DNA of 64,000 nucleotides from an uncultured delta proteobacterium (GTDB lineage Bacteria; Desulfobacterota; Desulfuromonadia; Geobacterales; DSM-12255): NCBI GenBank assembly GCA_963787125.1, contig CAWBBV010000007.1, positions 64,001 to 128,000 of the forward strand, read 5' to 3'. Shown piece by piece: positions 17,674 to 27,076 of this stretch (position 1 is its first letter; each line of letters starts with the position of its first letter). The notes under the pieces were generated by a model. It saw only the letters and a program-made list of their open reading frames with translations, ran no database searches and was not told where the DNA came from. The position numbers and the translations under genes were made by a program.

Positions 17674-19044
17674 TCAAGGCGTAAGACCAAATTCGAGCAA
17701 CAGCCGTACCAGATCACCATTCGCCTCAAAGGTTGTGGCAATCGTAATGAGATCACCATTTTCCTCGTCATGGGCGTTCGGATCGGCGCCCTGTTCCAGT
17801 AGGTAGCGAGCCAGTTCCAATCGCTTTGCCTGAAACGCACTCTCGGTCTCATTGTAGTAATGTGAAAGCGCCATGCAGTTGTACTTGAGCGCTTCTGTTA
17901 ACCCTTCCTTCGACAAACCATGCGCCACCAGCAGCCTTATTACCGGCAGGCGCAAACCAACTACTGCCGCTTGAGCGGGACTGATGCCATATATGCTGAT
18001 TTTGTTGGCATCAGCTCCGTTTTCAAGAAGAGCTTTACAGCACCCTTCAAAGCCCCTTACCGCCACAATTTGCAGTGCAATAGACATTATCCGTGCCGGA
18101 ATCTCCCCGGATTCGAGGAGTTCGATCATTTGCTGCGAGTCTCCCTCCATGGCAGCTTTGCAAAGCTGAAGGTGAGCCATGTTCACGCCAAGTTCTACTG
18201 GAAGGTCAACACCTTTGATGCTTGCCATAAGAGCATAATCAACCGCCAGAAAACCCATTTTGTCCGGCTCCGCATGCTCGATGCCTGACTTTATAAGCAG
18301 TCTGATGATACCGCTTGATAAGTCCTTTGGATTTTGTAACTCTTCGGCGTCACTGGCCCATTGGTACATAACCAGAAAGGGGAAATCGCCATGCCGATAC
18401 ATGGCGTGCATAAGAGCGGAGCGCCCTTTTGTGTCGCGGTGATTGATATTCGCCCCGGCACTGAGCAAGCACCGCAGTATGTCGAGTTGCTGGTTTTTTG
18501 CTGCGAACAGTAGCGGAGTGAAATCTTTGTACCCCTTGTCAGGATCAGCGCCAAATTCGAGCAGGAGTTGCACATACTCTTCATTGCCATGGATTGCGGC
18601 CAGGTAAAGAGCGCTGGCGCCAGTGCCGTCATCGCTGTTCGGATCGGCTCCGGCACTGAGCAACCTTTGGAAAATGTCAGCAAGCTTTTTTCGACAGACG
18701 ATTTTGCAAAGGAGTGAACACCCTTCAGCATCCACGGTGTTTGGTTTTGCGCCAGCATTGAGGAGCAGCTTCATTGTTCCGGATATGCGTTGCCAGACAG
18801 CGTGAACCATACGCTTACCGGGCCGCTTACTCTCAGCTTTGTAAGGGGTATGCCGCCAGATCCAGTCAGCAGCCAGGATTGGATTTTCAAGAGCATCTAT
18901 TGCGCCAAACGCCAGTGATGCTGCCCTGGCTTTAACTTCCGAGGACAGCTCTTTTCTCAGGAGTCTCTTTACCAGGGCAGCATTCCCGGACTGAGCGGCA
19001 ACAGTCAACTTTTGAGCAAGTTTATTTTCGTAGTTGCCGTTCAT
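17674..19044 (-). CDS. Ankyrin-repeat protein
   Basis: Repeated LL..GADPN, TPLLFAA, GRSALMHA units; no signal peptide. Confidence 0.9.
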   Translation of the reverse strand: MNGNYENKLAQKLTVAAQSGNAALVKRLLRKELSSEVKARAASLAFGAIDALENPILAADWIWRHTPYKAESKRPGKRMVHAVWQRISGTMKLLLNAGAKPNTVDAEGCSLLCKIVCRKKLADIFQRLLSAGADPNSDDGTGASALYLAAIHGNEEYVQLLLEFGADPDKGYKDFTPLLFAAKNQQLDILRCLLSAGANINHRDTKGRSALMHAMYRHGDFPFLVMYQWASDAEELQNPKDLSSGIIRLLIKSGIEHAEPDKMGFLAVDYALMASIKGVDLPVELGVNMAHLQLCKAAMEGDSQQMIELLESGEIPARIMSIALQIVAVRGFEGCCKALLENGADANKISIYGISPAQAAVVGLRLPVIRLLVAHGLSKEGLTEALKYNCMALSHYYNETESAFQAKRLELARYLLEQGADPNAHDEENGDLITIATTFEANGDLVRLLLEFGLTP

Positions 19045-19050
19045 AACTGC

Positions 19051-19443
19051 CTAAGTTTCCGGAGTTTCATTTTCGGATTCATCTTCTTCGTCAGCAATAT
19101 CTTCGGACTCATCCTCATCCTCAAACATTTCGTCGTCCAATTCAATGTCCTCCAGGTCAAAAAGATACCGTTCCAGCAGCCTGTCAGGAAGCTTGCGAAA
19201 GCTTGCCAGTTCGGTATCCAGCATAATCACCAGATATGAATTGAACGGTATCAAGCGGTACTCATTCTCTAAAAGCTCCTCATCTATCTCCTGCAGATAT
19301 TTTTCGCTGAGCCCCCCAGCAGCTCCGGTAAGGGTGCGCAGCTGTGACCAGGTGATGCGGAACGGTTCACTGAAATCCCTGCCAAATTGTTTCCCGTACA
19401 GATCGGAAAGAATACCTGCTGTTTCTGCTGCTGTGCGTGCCAT
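19051..19443 (-). CDS. Hypothetical small protein with very acidic C-terminus
   Basis: AGGAGG RBS before ATG 19443 (MARTAAETAG); tail DLEDIELDDEMFEDEDESEDIADEEDESENETPET. Confidence 0.8.
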   Translation of the reverse strand: MARTAAETAGILSDLYGKQFGRDFSEPFRITWSQLRTLTGAAGGLSEKYLQEIDEELLENEYRLIPFNSYLVIMLDTELASFRKLPDRLLERYLFDLEDIELDDEMFEDEDESEDIADEEDESENETPET

Positions 19444-19474
19444 GTGAAGCCTCCTTGATTGTGTTGTTGAGGCT

Positions 19475-19506
19475 ATTATGGCAGGGTAAAGCGACAAGAT
19501 GCGTCG
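19475..19506 (-). promoter_or_regulatory. Second putative WYL-regulator site CGAC-N7-GTCG plus -10 (CATAAT) 11 bp downstream on the minus strand
   Basis: CGAC 19492-19495, GTCG 19503-19506; minus-strand CATAAT at 19480-19475. Confidence 0.65.
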
Positions 19507-19655
19507 TTTTGCAGCGCTTGCGACGATGTTTCAGCTACGGGGGTGGTAAGGAGTGAACTGGCAGGAAAATTGGTTTCGTGGAATCGGCATGATTGGTTGA
19601 TATAGTGCTTAACAGGGTTACAGGAAAAGCGGGAGAAACCGGAGTAAAAACTCCT

Positions 19656-20480
19656 TTACGCCACAGGCAGCAACCCGGCTTTCTCGCCCCTTTCCATCAG
19701 GACCGCCACAGCTCTTCGCCCCTCACTGCCAAGGTCACGGGAAAAGTCGTTCACATACAGGCCGATATGGGCAGCGCAGACATCGCTGCTCAGCTCCTGT
19801 GCATGCTCACTGATGTATTGCCGCGACTCCAGAGGGTTGGTAAAGGCATAGTCGATGCTTGCGGCGATGAGGCTACCCAGAGAATTAATAACTTCAGTCC
19901 CCAGAGAAGTTTTTGCCACTATTCCGCCGAGCGGAATGGGGCAGCCGCTGTCAGTCTCCCACCACTCGCCAAGATCAACAAGTTGCTGAAGACCATATCC
20001 CTTAAAGGTAAATCTCGCTTCGTGGATTATTACCCCGGCGCTGACTTCACCCGCAGCAACGGCAGGCATAATCCGGTCGAAAGGCATATAAACAAGATTA
20101 CCCAATTCCGGGGCGAAAAGGCGCAGGAGCAATGCGGCGGTAGTGTATCTGCCCGGCAGTGCGACAGGCTTGTTGCTGAGGGACTTGATAGCGCAGGGGG
20201 CCCTGCTGATCAGCAACGGGCCGCAACCTCTGCCGAGCGCAGCACCGGCCGGGAGGAGCGTGTATTTGTCACGGATATGACCGTAAAGGTGAAATGAAAC
20301 CTTGGTGACGTCAAGCGCTGCTGTCAGAGCGAGTTGATTCAGCTGTTCCACGTCATGAAGCTGTTCTTTGAATGCCAGTCCCCGGCTCTTTACCAGGCCT
20401 TTTATCAGCGCGTGAAAGATGAACGTATCGTTCGGGCAGGGGGAGAACCCGAGGGTTAAAATTCTCTGAGCTGATTTCAA
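19656..20480 (-). CDS. mqnD: 1,4-dihydroxy-6-naphthoate synthase (futalosine pathway)
   Basis: LGFSPCPNDTFIFHAL, GAALGRGCGP, IIHEARFT, PIPLGG, HIGLYVN. Confidence 0.93.
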   Translation of the reverse strand: MKSAQRILTLGFSPCPNDTFIFHALIKGLVKSRGLAFKEQLHDVEQLNQLALTAALDVTKVSFHLYGHIRDKYTLLPAGAALGRGCGPLLISRAPCAIKSLSNKPVALPGRYTTAALLLRLFAPELGNLVYMPFDRIMPAVAAGEVSAGVIIHEARFTFKGYGLQQLVDLGEWWETDSGCPIPLGGIVAKTSLGTEVINSLGSLIAASIDYAFTNPLESRQYISEHAQELSSDVCAAHIGLYVNDFSRDLGSEGRRAVAVLMERGEKAGLLPVA

Positions 20481-21217
20481 GACAGACCTCGCTCAAGGTA
20501 TTTGCAGAGAAAGCGCTGGACCATTTCCACGGAACGCGGAATGTCCCACTTGGAGATATCACGGTCTTCAACCATATTGCTGATCCCCCGCACTTCCAAA
20601 AATGGAGTGTCGTAAAGGAGAGCAGTGTGGGCTATTGCCGCCCCTTCCATGTTTTCACAGATGCCGCCAAAGAGTTCTTCAAGCTCATCACCGCGCCTTG
20701 ATGTACCGCTGCAGGTGGAGACCGTCACAAACTTGCCCCGTTTCACCGGCAGACCAAGGGATGTGGCAAAGTGGAAAACTTTGGCTGCCTGCTCCATTGA
20801 AAGGGGGAATTCATTGCTGTAGCGGTTTCCTTTCCGCTCCACAGACGGGATGCCGATTATTTCGAGAGTATGCCAGCCGTTTACAGTCAAGACCCCCTCA
20901 TCGCCATAGATCTCGGCAGTCGCTACTGCCAGATCGCCTACTGACAGCCCGCTGCCGGAGTATGCTCCGCCGCAGCCGGTATTTATAATCAGTGTCGGTC
21001 TGAAACGCTCGATCATATGAGTAGCGATAATTGCAGCGTTGACTTTGCCGATGCCGGTAAGGGCAAGATAGATCGGGTGCAACGGGGCTTCGGCTCTCCA
21101 GGCTCGGCGCGGGCCGGTGCCGTCGAGCAGTGTTGCGCCAAGCTCCCTGACAAGAAGTGACAGCTCCTTCTCTACCGAAGCTGTTATGAGAATGGACCCA
21201 CCCGAATACTCTTTCAT
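20477..21217 (-). CDS. mqnB: Futalosine hydrolase
   Basis: PNP/MTAN fold motifs GIGKVNAA, TVSTCSGT, ENMEGAA, RGISNMVEDRD; adjacent to mqnD. Confidence 0.88.
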   Translation of the reverse strand: MKEYSGGSILITASVEKELSLLVRELGATLLDGTGPRRAWRAEAPLHPIYLALTGIGKVNAAIIATHMIERFRPTLIINTGCGGAYSGSGLSVGDLAVATAEIYGDEGVLTVNGWHTLEIIGIPSVERKGNRYSNEFPLSMEQAAKVFHFATSLGLPVKRGKFVTVSTCSGTSRRGDELEELFGGICENMEGAAIAHTALLYDTPFLEVRGISNMVEDRDISKWDIPRSVEMVQRFLCKYLERGLS

Positions 21218-21396
21218 CAACGATCCTGATATCAGCGTCATTTTTAGATAAATTATCCCGGATAATAGCTTGATTAGCACAGCGATACAAGTATCTCCTG
21301 ATTGGCATTAATCCTTGCATGAGGGGCTGTTTTCAAATATATTCACTTACTGTTCAACTGCTTAATTTACAGAATAAAATTGATAACAGGTTTGCT

Positions 21397-22281
21397 GTGA
21401 ATAGATGGTTACTGCCGATAAATTCAGTCCTTGTTGTCGCAAGCATTGCAACTCTTGCCCTGATTGCTTCTGATCTTGCCGTCTTTCGCATAGCGCGACT
21501 CTTCCCGCCTAAAGCATCAAAGCCGACACAACAGTTGACTGCTCCGCAAGGTGGCGATGACCTGATGTCGTTTGCACCGATTCTCTCTAAAGGGCTGTTT
21601 GGCAAAGCGACTGTAGGGGTGTTGACCCCTATTGTGGCTAAAACTACTGCTACTGAGAAAGCCCAGACTCCTGCCTTTAATCAGGCTGATTTAATCCTCC
21701 TCGGCACAGTTCAGGGCTCATTCAGAGAGAGTTTTGCCTTGATCCAGAAGGTCAGCTCAAAAGAAGAGCGGGTCTTCAGGATGGGTGATACGGTTTATAA
21801 TGCCGGTCCGCTGGTGTCAGTCAAAAAAGAGTATGTCGAAATCCTTGCCGGTAAAGTCCGGACAAAAATCATGACCCCGACTGCTTCCGCCGCAGCTGCG
21901 GTAGCTCCGCCTCCTGTTGTCGGCGTTGCTGCCGGCAATACTCTGGCATCACAGACCGGTTCCGGGAGTTACATTATTGATCAGCGTGCACTGAATGCAT
22001 CTCTAGACAATATTGGTCAGGCCATGACCGATGCCAGGCTGCTTCCCAGCATGAAAGACGGCAAGGTGGAGGGCTTTCGTGCTTCGGAAGTAAAGCCCCA
22101 GGGGATTTTCGGCACCATCGGCATCAAAAACGGCGACGTTCTGTTGCGCATGAACGATTTTCCAATTGATTCGCCGGAAAAGGCCATTCAATCCTTTGCA
22201 ACCCTTAAGGGGCAGAGCCGCATCAGACTCGATCTCATTCGTGACGGCCAACCGGTAACATTCAATTATGACATCAGGTGA
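21397..22281 (+). CDS. gspC: Type II secretion protein C (PDZ)
   Basis: N-terminal TM, L.LLGTV HR domain, PDZ (GIKNGDVLLRMND); first gene of the gsp operon; start uncertain (GTG 21397). Confidence 0.88.
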   Translation: MNRWLLPINSVLVVASIATLALIASDLAVFRIARLFPPKASKPTQQLTAPQGGDDLMSFAPILSKGLFGKATVGVLTPIVAKTTATEKAQTPAFNQADLILLGTVQGSFRESFALIQKVSSKEERVFRMGDTVYNAGPLVSVKKEYVEILAGKVRTKIMTPTASAAAAVAPPPVVGVAAGNTLASQTGSGSYIIDQRALNASLDNIGQAMTDARLLPSMKDGKVEGFRASEVKPQGIFGTIGIKNGDVLLRMNDFPIDSPEKAIQSFATLKGQSRIRLDLIRDGQPVTFNYDIR

Positions 22282-22306
22282 AGGCTGAATTAATCAAGAG
22301 GTATCC

Positions 22307-24229
22307 GTGAAATTATACATAACAACCCTGCTTCTCATCATGACGATTCTTCTCCCTGTGACAGCTTCTGCCAAGGGGGTCATTCTCAACTTCGCCGATG
22401 TCGACATCGCGACAATGGTCAAATTCATCAGCGACCTGACCGGCAAGAACTTTGTCATGGATGAACGGGTGAAAGGGAAAATCTCGGTGTACTCCCCGGC
22501 AAAGCTTTCCAACGAAGAGGCGTTCAATGTGTTCACCTCTGTACTTGAGCTGAAAGGTTTTACCCTGATCCAGTCGGGCAAGGTTTTCAAGATTGTGCCG
22601 ACATCTTCAGCCAAACAGTCAGGCACAAAACTTTACGCTGACAAAGAGAAAATCCCGGTTAATGAGTCCTACGTTGCCAGGGTTATCACCCTTGAAAATA
22701 TCCAGGCTCAGGAAGCGCTGACATTCCTCCAGCCGGTAATCTCCAAGGATGGTCACGTCTCTGCTTTTGGCCCGGCCAATATGCTGCTGGTGGTTGATTC
22801 ATCATTTAATCTTCAGAAAATCCTGGCAATAATTCAGATGATAGATTCTGAGAAGCGGCGGGAGATGCCTGAAGTTCTTTATCTGAAGAGTGCCGGAGCA
22901 GACAATGTGGCCAAGGTACTCCAGGACTGGATTGGTAGCCGGGCAAAGCAGCCGGGGCAAGGATCTCAAGCAACAGTCGGCACGACGATTGTTGCTGATG
23001 TGCGGTTAAATGCGGTGTTGATTTTCGGGGCGGAAAAGGACAAGGAAGAGATCAGGAAGCTTGTGGCACTGGTTGACGTCGCCCCACCTACCAGCAGCGG
23101 TAAAGTTAACGTTTATTACCTTGAGAATGCCGATGCAACCGAGGTTGCCAAAGTGCTTGACGGGGTTGTCAAAGGGATGTCTGCCCAGGTTCAGCCAGGC
23201 CAGGTTGGCGGAGCACAAGCATCTCCTTTTGATGGCGGCAAGATCACCATTACCCCCGACAAGGCTACCAACTCTCTGGTTATCATGGCGTCACCCACTG
23301 ATTACCAGAATCTGCTACAGGTGGTACAGAAGCTCGACCGCAAGCGCCGCCAGGTGTTCGTTGAGGCGATGATTGCCGAAGTCTCGCTGGACAAAGCCGC
23401 GGAGCTGGGGATTCAGTGGGGCTTCTTCGGCGGGGGGAGTACCGGATCGGTAGCCACTGCCGGGATCTACGATCCGTTCAGCACCCTGACCCCGTTTTTT
23501 GCTGCTGTTGCAGGTCTGACAACGGCGGGAGTCCTCCCTGCTGATATGAAGCTTAATACGACCGCCAACTTTCCCTTTATTCTGAAAGCGATGCAGGGCA
23601 GCGGCATGTTGAATATCCTGTCGAGCCCGACCATCCTGACCTCTGATAACAAGGAGGCAGAAATATTTGTCGGCGAGAATGTTCCGTTTCTCGGCACATC
23701 CACCATCAACGGTGCTACTTCCCAGCAGTCGATCGATCGCAAGGATACCGGTATCACGCTCAAGATCACGCCGCAGATCACCGATGGGGATTACATCAAG
23801 CTTGACGTGCTGCAGGAGATCTCGGCGCTCAAAGACACCATAAACATTGGCGTATCTTCCACAGACCGATCGATAACCAAGCGTTCAGCAAAAACAACAG
23901 TCATTGTCAAGGATCAGGAGACCGTCGCCATCGGCGGACTGATCTCCGAGATCGAGCGCGAATCGGTGACCAAGGTGCCGCTGCTTGGTGACCTCCCGCT
24001 GCTGGGTTATCTATTCAGGTCAAAAACCATGAAGCGGGAAAAGACTAATCTGATCCTCCTCCTCACGCCAAAAGTCATCAAAGATGGCCGTGATCTTGTC
24101 GATACGACGCAAAAGCAGAGGAATCGTTTCTCTGAAGCGTCCAAAAAGGTAGAATCTATCGATATCCCGAAGCAGATCGGCAATCAACCGGCAGAAGCCA
24201 AACCAGTCATCAAGAGCGAGGTGAAGTAG
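22307..24229 (+). CDS. gspD: Type II secretion secretin
   Basis: LNFADVDI N0 domain, QVFVEAMIAEV, KVPLLGDLPLLGYLF. Confidence 0.96.
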   Translation: MKLYITTLLLIMTILLPVTASAKGVILNFADVDIATMVKFISDLTGKNFVMDERVKGKISVYSPAKLSNEEAFNVFTSVLELKGFTLIQSGKVFKIVPTSSAKQSGTKLYADKEKIPVNESYVARVITLENIQAQEALTFLQPVISKDGHVSAFGPANMLLVVDSSFNLQKILAIIQMIDSEKRREMPEVLYLKSAGADNVAKVLQDWIGSRAKQPGQGSQATVGTTIVADVRLNAVLIFGAEKDKEEIRKLVALVDVAPPTSSGKVNVYYLENADATEVAKVLDGVVKGMSAQVQPGQVGGAQASPFDGGKITITPDKATNSLVIMASPTDYQNLLQVVQKLDRKRRQVFVEAMIAEVSLDKAAELGIQWGFFGGGSTGSVATAGIYDPFSTLTPFFAAVAGLTTAGVLPADMKLNTTANFPFILKAMQGSGMLNILSSPTILTSDNKEAEIFVGENVPFLGTSTINGATSQQSIDRKDTGITLKITPQITDGDYIKLDVLQEISALKDTINIGVSSTDRSITKRSAKTTVIVKDQETVAIGGLISEIERESVTKVPLLGDLPLLGYLFRSKTMKREKTNLILLLTPKVIKDGRDLVDTTQKQRNRFSEASKKVESIDIPKQIGNQPAEAKPVIKSEVK

Positions 24230-24231
24230 CT

Positions 24232-25803
24232 TTGTCACTTTCCAGCGAACCGTCAGGACTGGCAGAGATAGCCACGCGACTGCATCTGGCCTTCCGGGCA
24301 GAAATTCATGACGCTGATATCGATACAGTCTGGATTTCCCGAATTCCGCTATCTTTTGCCAAAGCGAATCTGCTGTTACCGCTCCGGGAGGAAGATGGTG
24401 TTCTTTTCGTTGCCAGCGGCAACCCTGCCAATCTGCTTGCCCTTGATGAACTTCAGTCCGCTCTCGGACACCCTGTAAAAGGGGTTGTTGTCCCGCCCGG
24501 GGAGGTGCTCTCTGCTATAAACCGTCTTTATGCGCGCCATTCCGGTTCTGCCCAGGAGGTCGTAGCCGAACTTGAAGCGGAAGAGCTCTCGACAGTGGCC
24601 GGTCAGTTCAACCGTCCCCAGGATCTGCTTGACCTGACAGATGAAGCGCCGGTAATCAGGCTACTCAATTCGGTGCTCTTCCAGGCGGTCAAGGAGCGGG
24701 CCAGCGATATCCATATCGAGCCTTTTGAACGGGAGCTTGATGTCCGCTTCCGGATTGACGGCATCCTCTACAAGATGCTCTCCCCCCCCAAGGTTATTCA
24801 GGAGGCGCTGACCTCCAGGGTCAAGATCATGGCCGGACTGAACATCGCCGAGAAAAGACTCCCCCAGGACGGGCGTTTCAGGGTTATTGTCGCCGGTCGT
24901 GATGTTGATATCAGGGTCTCGATAATTCCGACTTTTTTTGGTGAACGGACGGTTCTCCGTATTCTCGACAAGCAGCGCGGCGTCCTCTCCCTGACCGACA
25001 TCGGGCTCCCAAAGCGTGAGAACAGCGTCGTGGAGCGGTTGCTGACCCGCACCAGCGGTATCATACTTGTCACCGGCCCGACCGGCAGCGGCAAGACGAC
25101 CACTCTCTACAGCGCCCTGACGCAGATCAACTCGCCGGACAAGAACATCATCACCATCGAAGACCCGATTGAGTACCAGCTTCCAGGCGTCGGCCAGATA
25201 CAGGTAAATCCGAAGATTGACCTCACCTTTGCCAATGGCCTGCGCTCCATTCTCCGTCAGGATCCCGACATCATTATGGTCGGTGAAATCCGCGATGCCG
25301 AAACCGCCGAAATTGCCATGCAGGCAAGTCTTACCGGCCATCTGGTTCTTTCGACCCTGCATACCAATGATGCGCCGACAGCCATCACCCGGTTGATAGA
25401 TATGGGCATCGAACCGTTCATGGTCGCCTCAACCCTTTCCGCTATTCTGGCGCAAAGGCTGGTGCGCCGAATCTGTCCCCACTGCTGCGAAGAGTACCGT
25501 CCGGAGAGGGCATATGCAGGCATCGCCCTTCCTGAGCGGCTCTATCGAGGGAAGGGCTGCGAAAAATGCTTTAATCTCGGTACGATTGGCAGGGTAGGCA
25601 TATATGAGCTGCTGCCGATTGATGCCGAGCTCTGCTCGATGATAATTCGCCGGACCTCCACCAAGGAGATCAAGGAGTACGCCGTCTCCAAAGGGATGCG
25701 GACCTTGCGTGATGATGGTCTTGACAAGGCTTTTGCCGGTGTTACGACTCTGGAGGAGGTTCTCAGGGTGACGCAGGAAGATTATGCCGATATTTCGTTA
25801 TAA
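24232..25803 (+). CDS. gspE: Type II secretion ATPase
   Basis: ASDIHIEP, GPTGSGKTT, LRQDPDIIMVGEIRD, tetracysteine motif. Confidence 0.96.
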   Translation: MSLSSEPSGLAEIATRLHLAFRAEIHDADIDTVWISRIPLSFAKANLLLPLREEDGVLFVASGNPANLLALDELQSALGHPVKGVVVPPGEVLSAINRLYARHSGSAQEVVAELEAEELSTVAGQFNRPQDLLDLTDEAPVIRLLNSVLFQAVKERASDIHIEPFERELDVRFRIDGILYKMLSPPKVIQEALTSRVKIMAGLNIAEKRLPQDGRFRVIVAGRDVDIRVSIIPTFFGERTVLRILDKQRGVLSLTDIGLPKRENSVVERLLTRTSGIILVTGPTGSGKTTTLYSALTQINSPDKNIITIEDPIEYQLPGVGQIQVNPKIDLTFANGLRSILRQDPDIIMVGEIRDAETAEIAMQASLTGHLVLSTLHTNDAPTAITRLIDMGIEPFMVASTLSAILAQRLVRRICPHCCEEYRPERAYAGIALPERLYRGKGCEKCFNLGTIGRVGIYELLPIDAELCSMIIRRTSTKEIKEYAVSKGMRTLRDDGLDKAFAGVTTLEEVLRVTQEDYADISL

Positions 25804-26995
25804 GGGGTATCGTCAGGACGGCAGGGATTGTTCAGGCTCCATAACCGCGGACAGTGTCAGAGAAGCGCGGGAGCGGCTCAAAGGGGACGGTATCCTCCCC
25901 GTTGAAATTGAGGCAGATGAGTCAGGCCATGTCAAAGGGAGCATCTTTCCGCTCAAGAGAGCAGTCGGCCTGGCAGAACTCGCGCTCCTCACCAGACGCC
26001 TGGCAACACTTCTTGGCGCTTCGATGCCGCTTTTCGAGGCGGTTGCAACCCTTATGGAACAAGAGCGCCCTGGTGAACTCAGGAGTGTTCTCTCCCGGGT
26101 AAAGGAGCGTCTTGCCGAAGGTAGAGGTCTGGCCGCAGCGCTGGCAAGCGAATCACAACTCTTCAGCGAAAGTTATATCTCCATGGTTGCTGCCGGCGAA
26201 GCCAGCGGAGCGCTGGATCTGGTGCTGGAGCGGCTGGCCGATTTCCTTGAAGATCAGGAGGCGGTCAGGAGCAAGGTTACGACAGCGCTTGCCTACCCTA
26301 TCCTCATGGCCGTTGTCGGCGGCGGAGTCATGCTCTTCCTCCTTACCTTTGTCATTCCGAAAATTACTACCGTATTCGCCGATAATAAGGCGGCTCTCCC
26401 GCTGATTACCATCATCCTCCTCAAAGTCAGCACTCTGCTCCGAAAAGGTTGGTGGCTTCTCGCCGCTCTTGGAGGTGCACTGACATTCACTTATCGTCGT
26501 CTGATGCAGGAGGAGTCTTACCGGCTGAAGCGGGACAGCTTCCTGTTGCAGGTTCCCGGGATGGGCACACTTCTGCAGAAACTTATCCTGGCCCGCTTTG
26601 CAAAAATACTGGGTCTCCTCCTCTCAAGCGGAGTGCCGGTTATCAGGGCCATGGAGATTACCGGCGAAGCTGTTGTGAACCGGGCCTACAGAACCTTCCT
26701 CGGCGAAGCGAAAGCTGACCTGATAGAAGGTGGCAAGCTCTCCTCAACCCTTGCAAGAAGCCAGCTCTTCCCACCGCTGCTCATCCATATGATCGGCATA
26801 GGCGAGCAGAGCGGCACAATGGAGAAAATGCTGGAGAAGGCGGGGAACGCCTTTGAAAAAGAGTTTGACACCGGCACAACCCGTTTTATGGCTCTTTTGG
26901 AGCCGGTGCTTGTGCTTGCCATGGGGTTGGCGGTCGGTTTTGTGGTGGTGGCGGTGTTGTTGCCAATATTCCAGCTTAATCAGCTGGTGAAATAG
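25784..26995 (+). CDS. gspF: Type II secretion inner-membrane protein F
   Basis: AGEASGALD..LERLA, GEQSGTME, LLEP..VL; three TM segments. Confidence 0.95.
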   Translation: MPIFRYKGYRQDGRDCSGSITADSVREARERLKGDGILPVEIEADESGHVKGSIFPLKRAVGLAELALLTRRLATLLGASMPLFEAVATLMEQERPGELRSVLSRVKERLAEGRGLAAALASESQLFSESYISMVAAGEASGALDLVLERLADFLEDQEAVRSKVTTALAYPILMAVVGGGVMLFLLTFVIPKITTVFADNKAALPLITIILLKVSTLLRKGWWLLAALGGALTFTYRRLMQEESYRLKRDSFLLQVPGMGTLLQKLILARFAKILGLLLSSGVPVIRAMEITGEAVVNRAYRTFLGEAKADLIEGGKLSSTLARSQLFPPLLIHMIGIGEQSGTMEKMLEKAGNAFEKEFDTGTTRFMALLEPVLVLAMGLAVGFVVVAVLLPIFQLNQLVK

Positions 26996-27076
26996 TAGAA
27001 CTGCTGAAACCTACTCCCACAAGGATATCGACTTTGAATTTGGCTTTTTGTCAGGGGGAAATTAACGAGTGAAGCT

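Larger units (their letters stand above)
5640..19506. other. Defence island: WYL regulator, glycosylase-like gene, type I restriction-modification (R-M) system with three toxin-antitoxin-like pairs, ankyrin and acidic proteins
   Basis: Contiguous block of defence-type genes between the housekeeping genes fadD and mqnD; no integrase or transposase seen. Confidence 0.85.

Noticed and set aside
21302..21319. Sigma54 promoter upstream of gspC (TGGCATTAATCCTTGCA)
   Set aside because: GG-to-GC spacing is 11 nt rather than the required 10.
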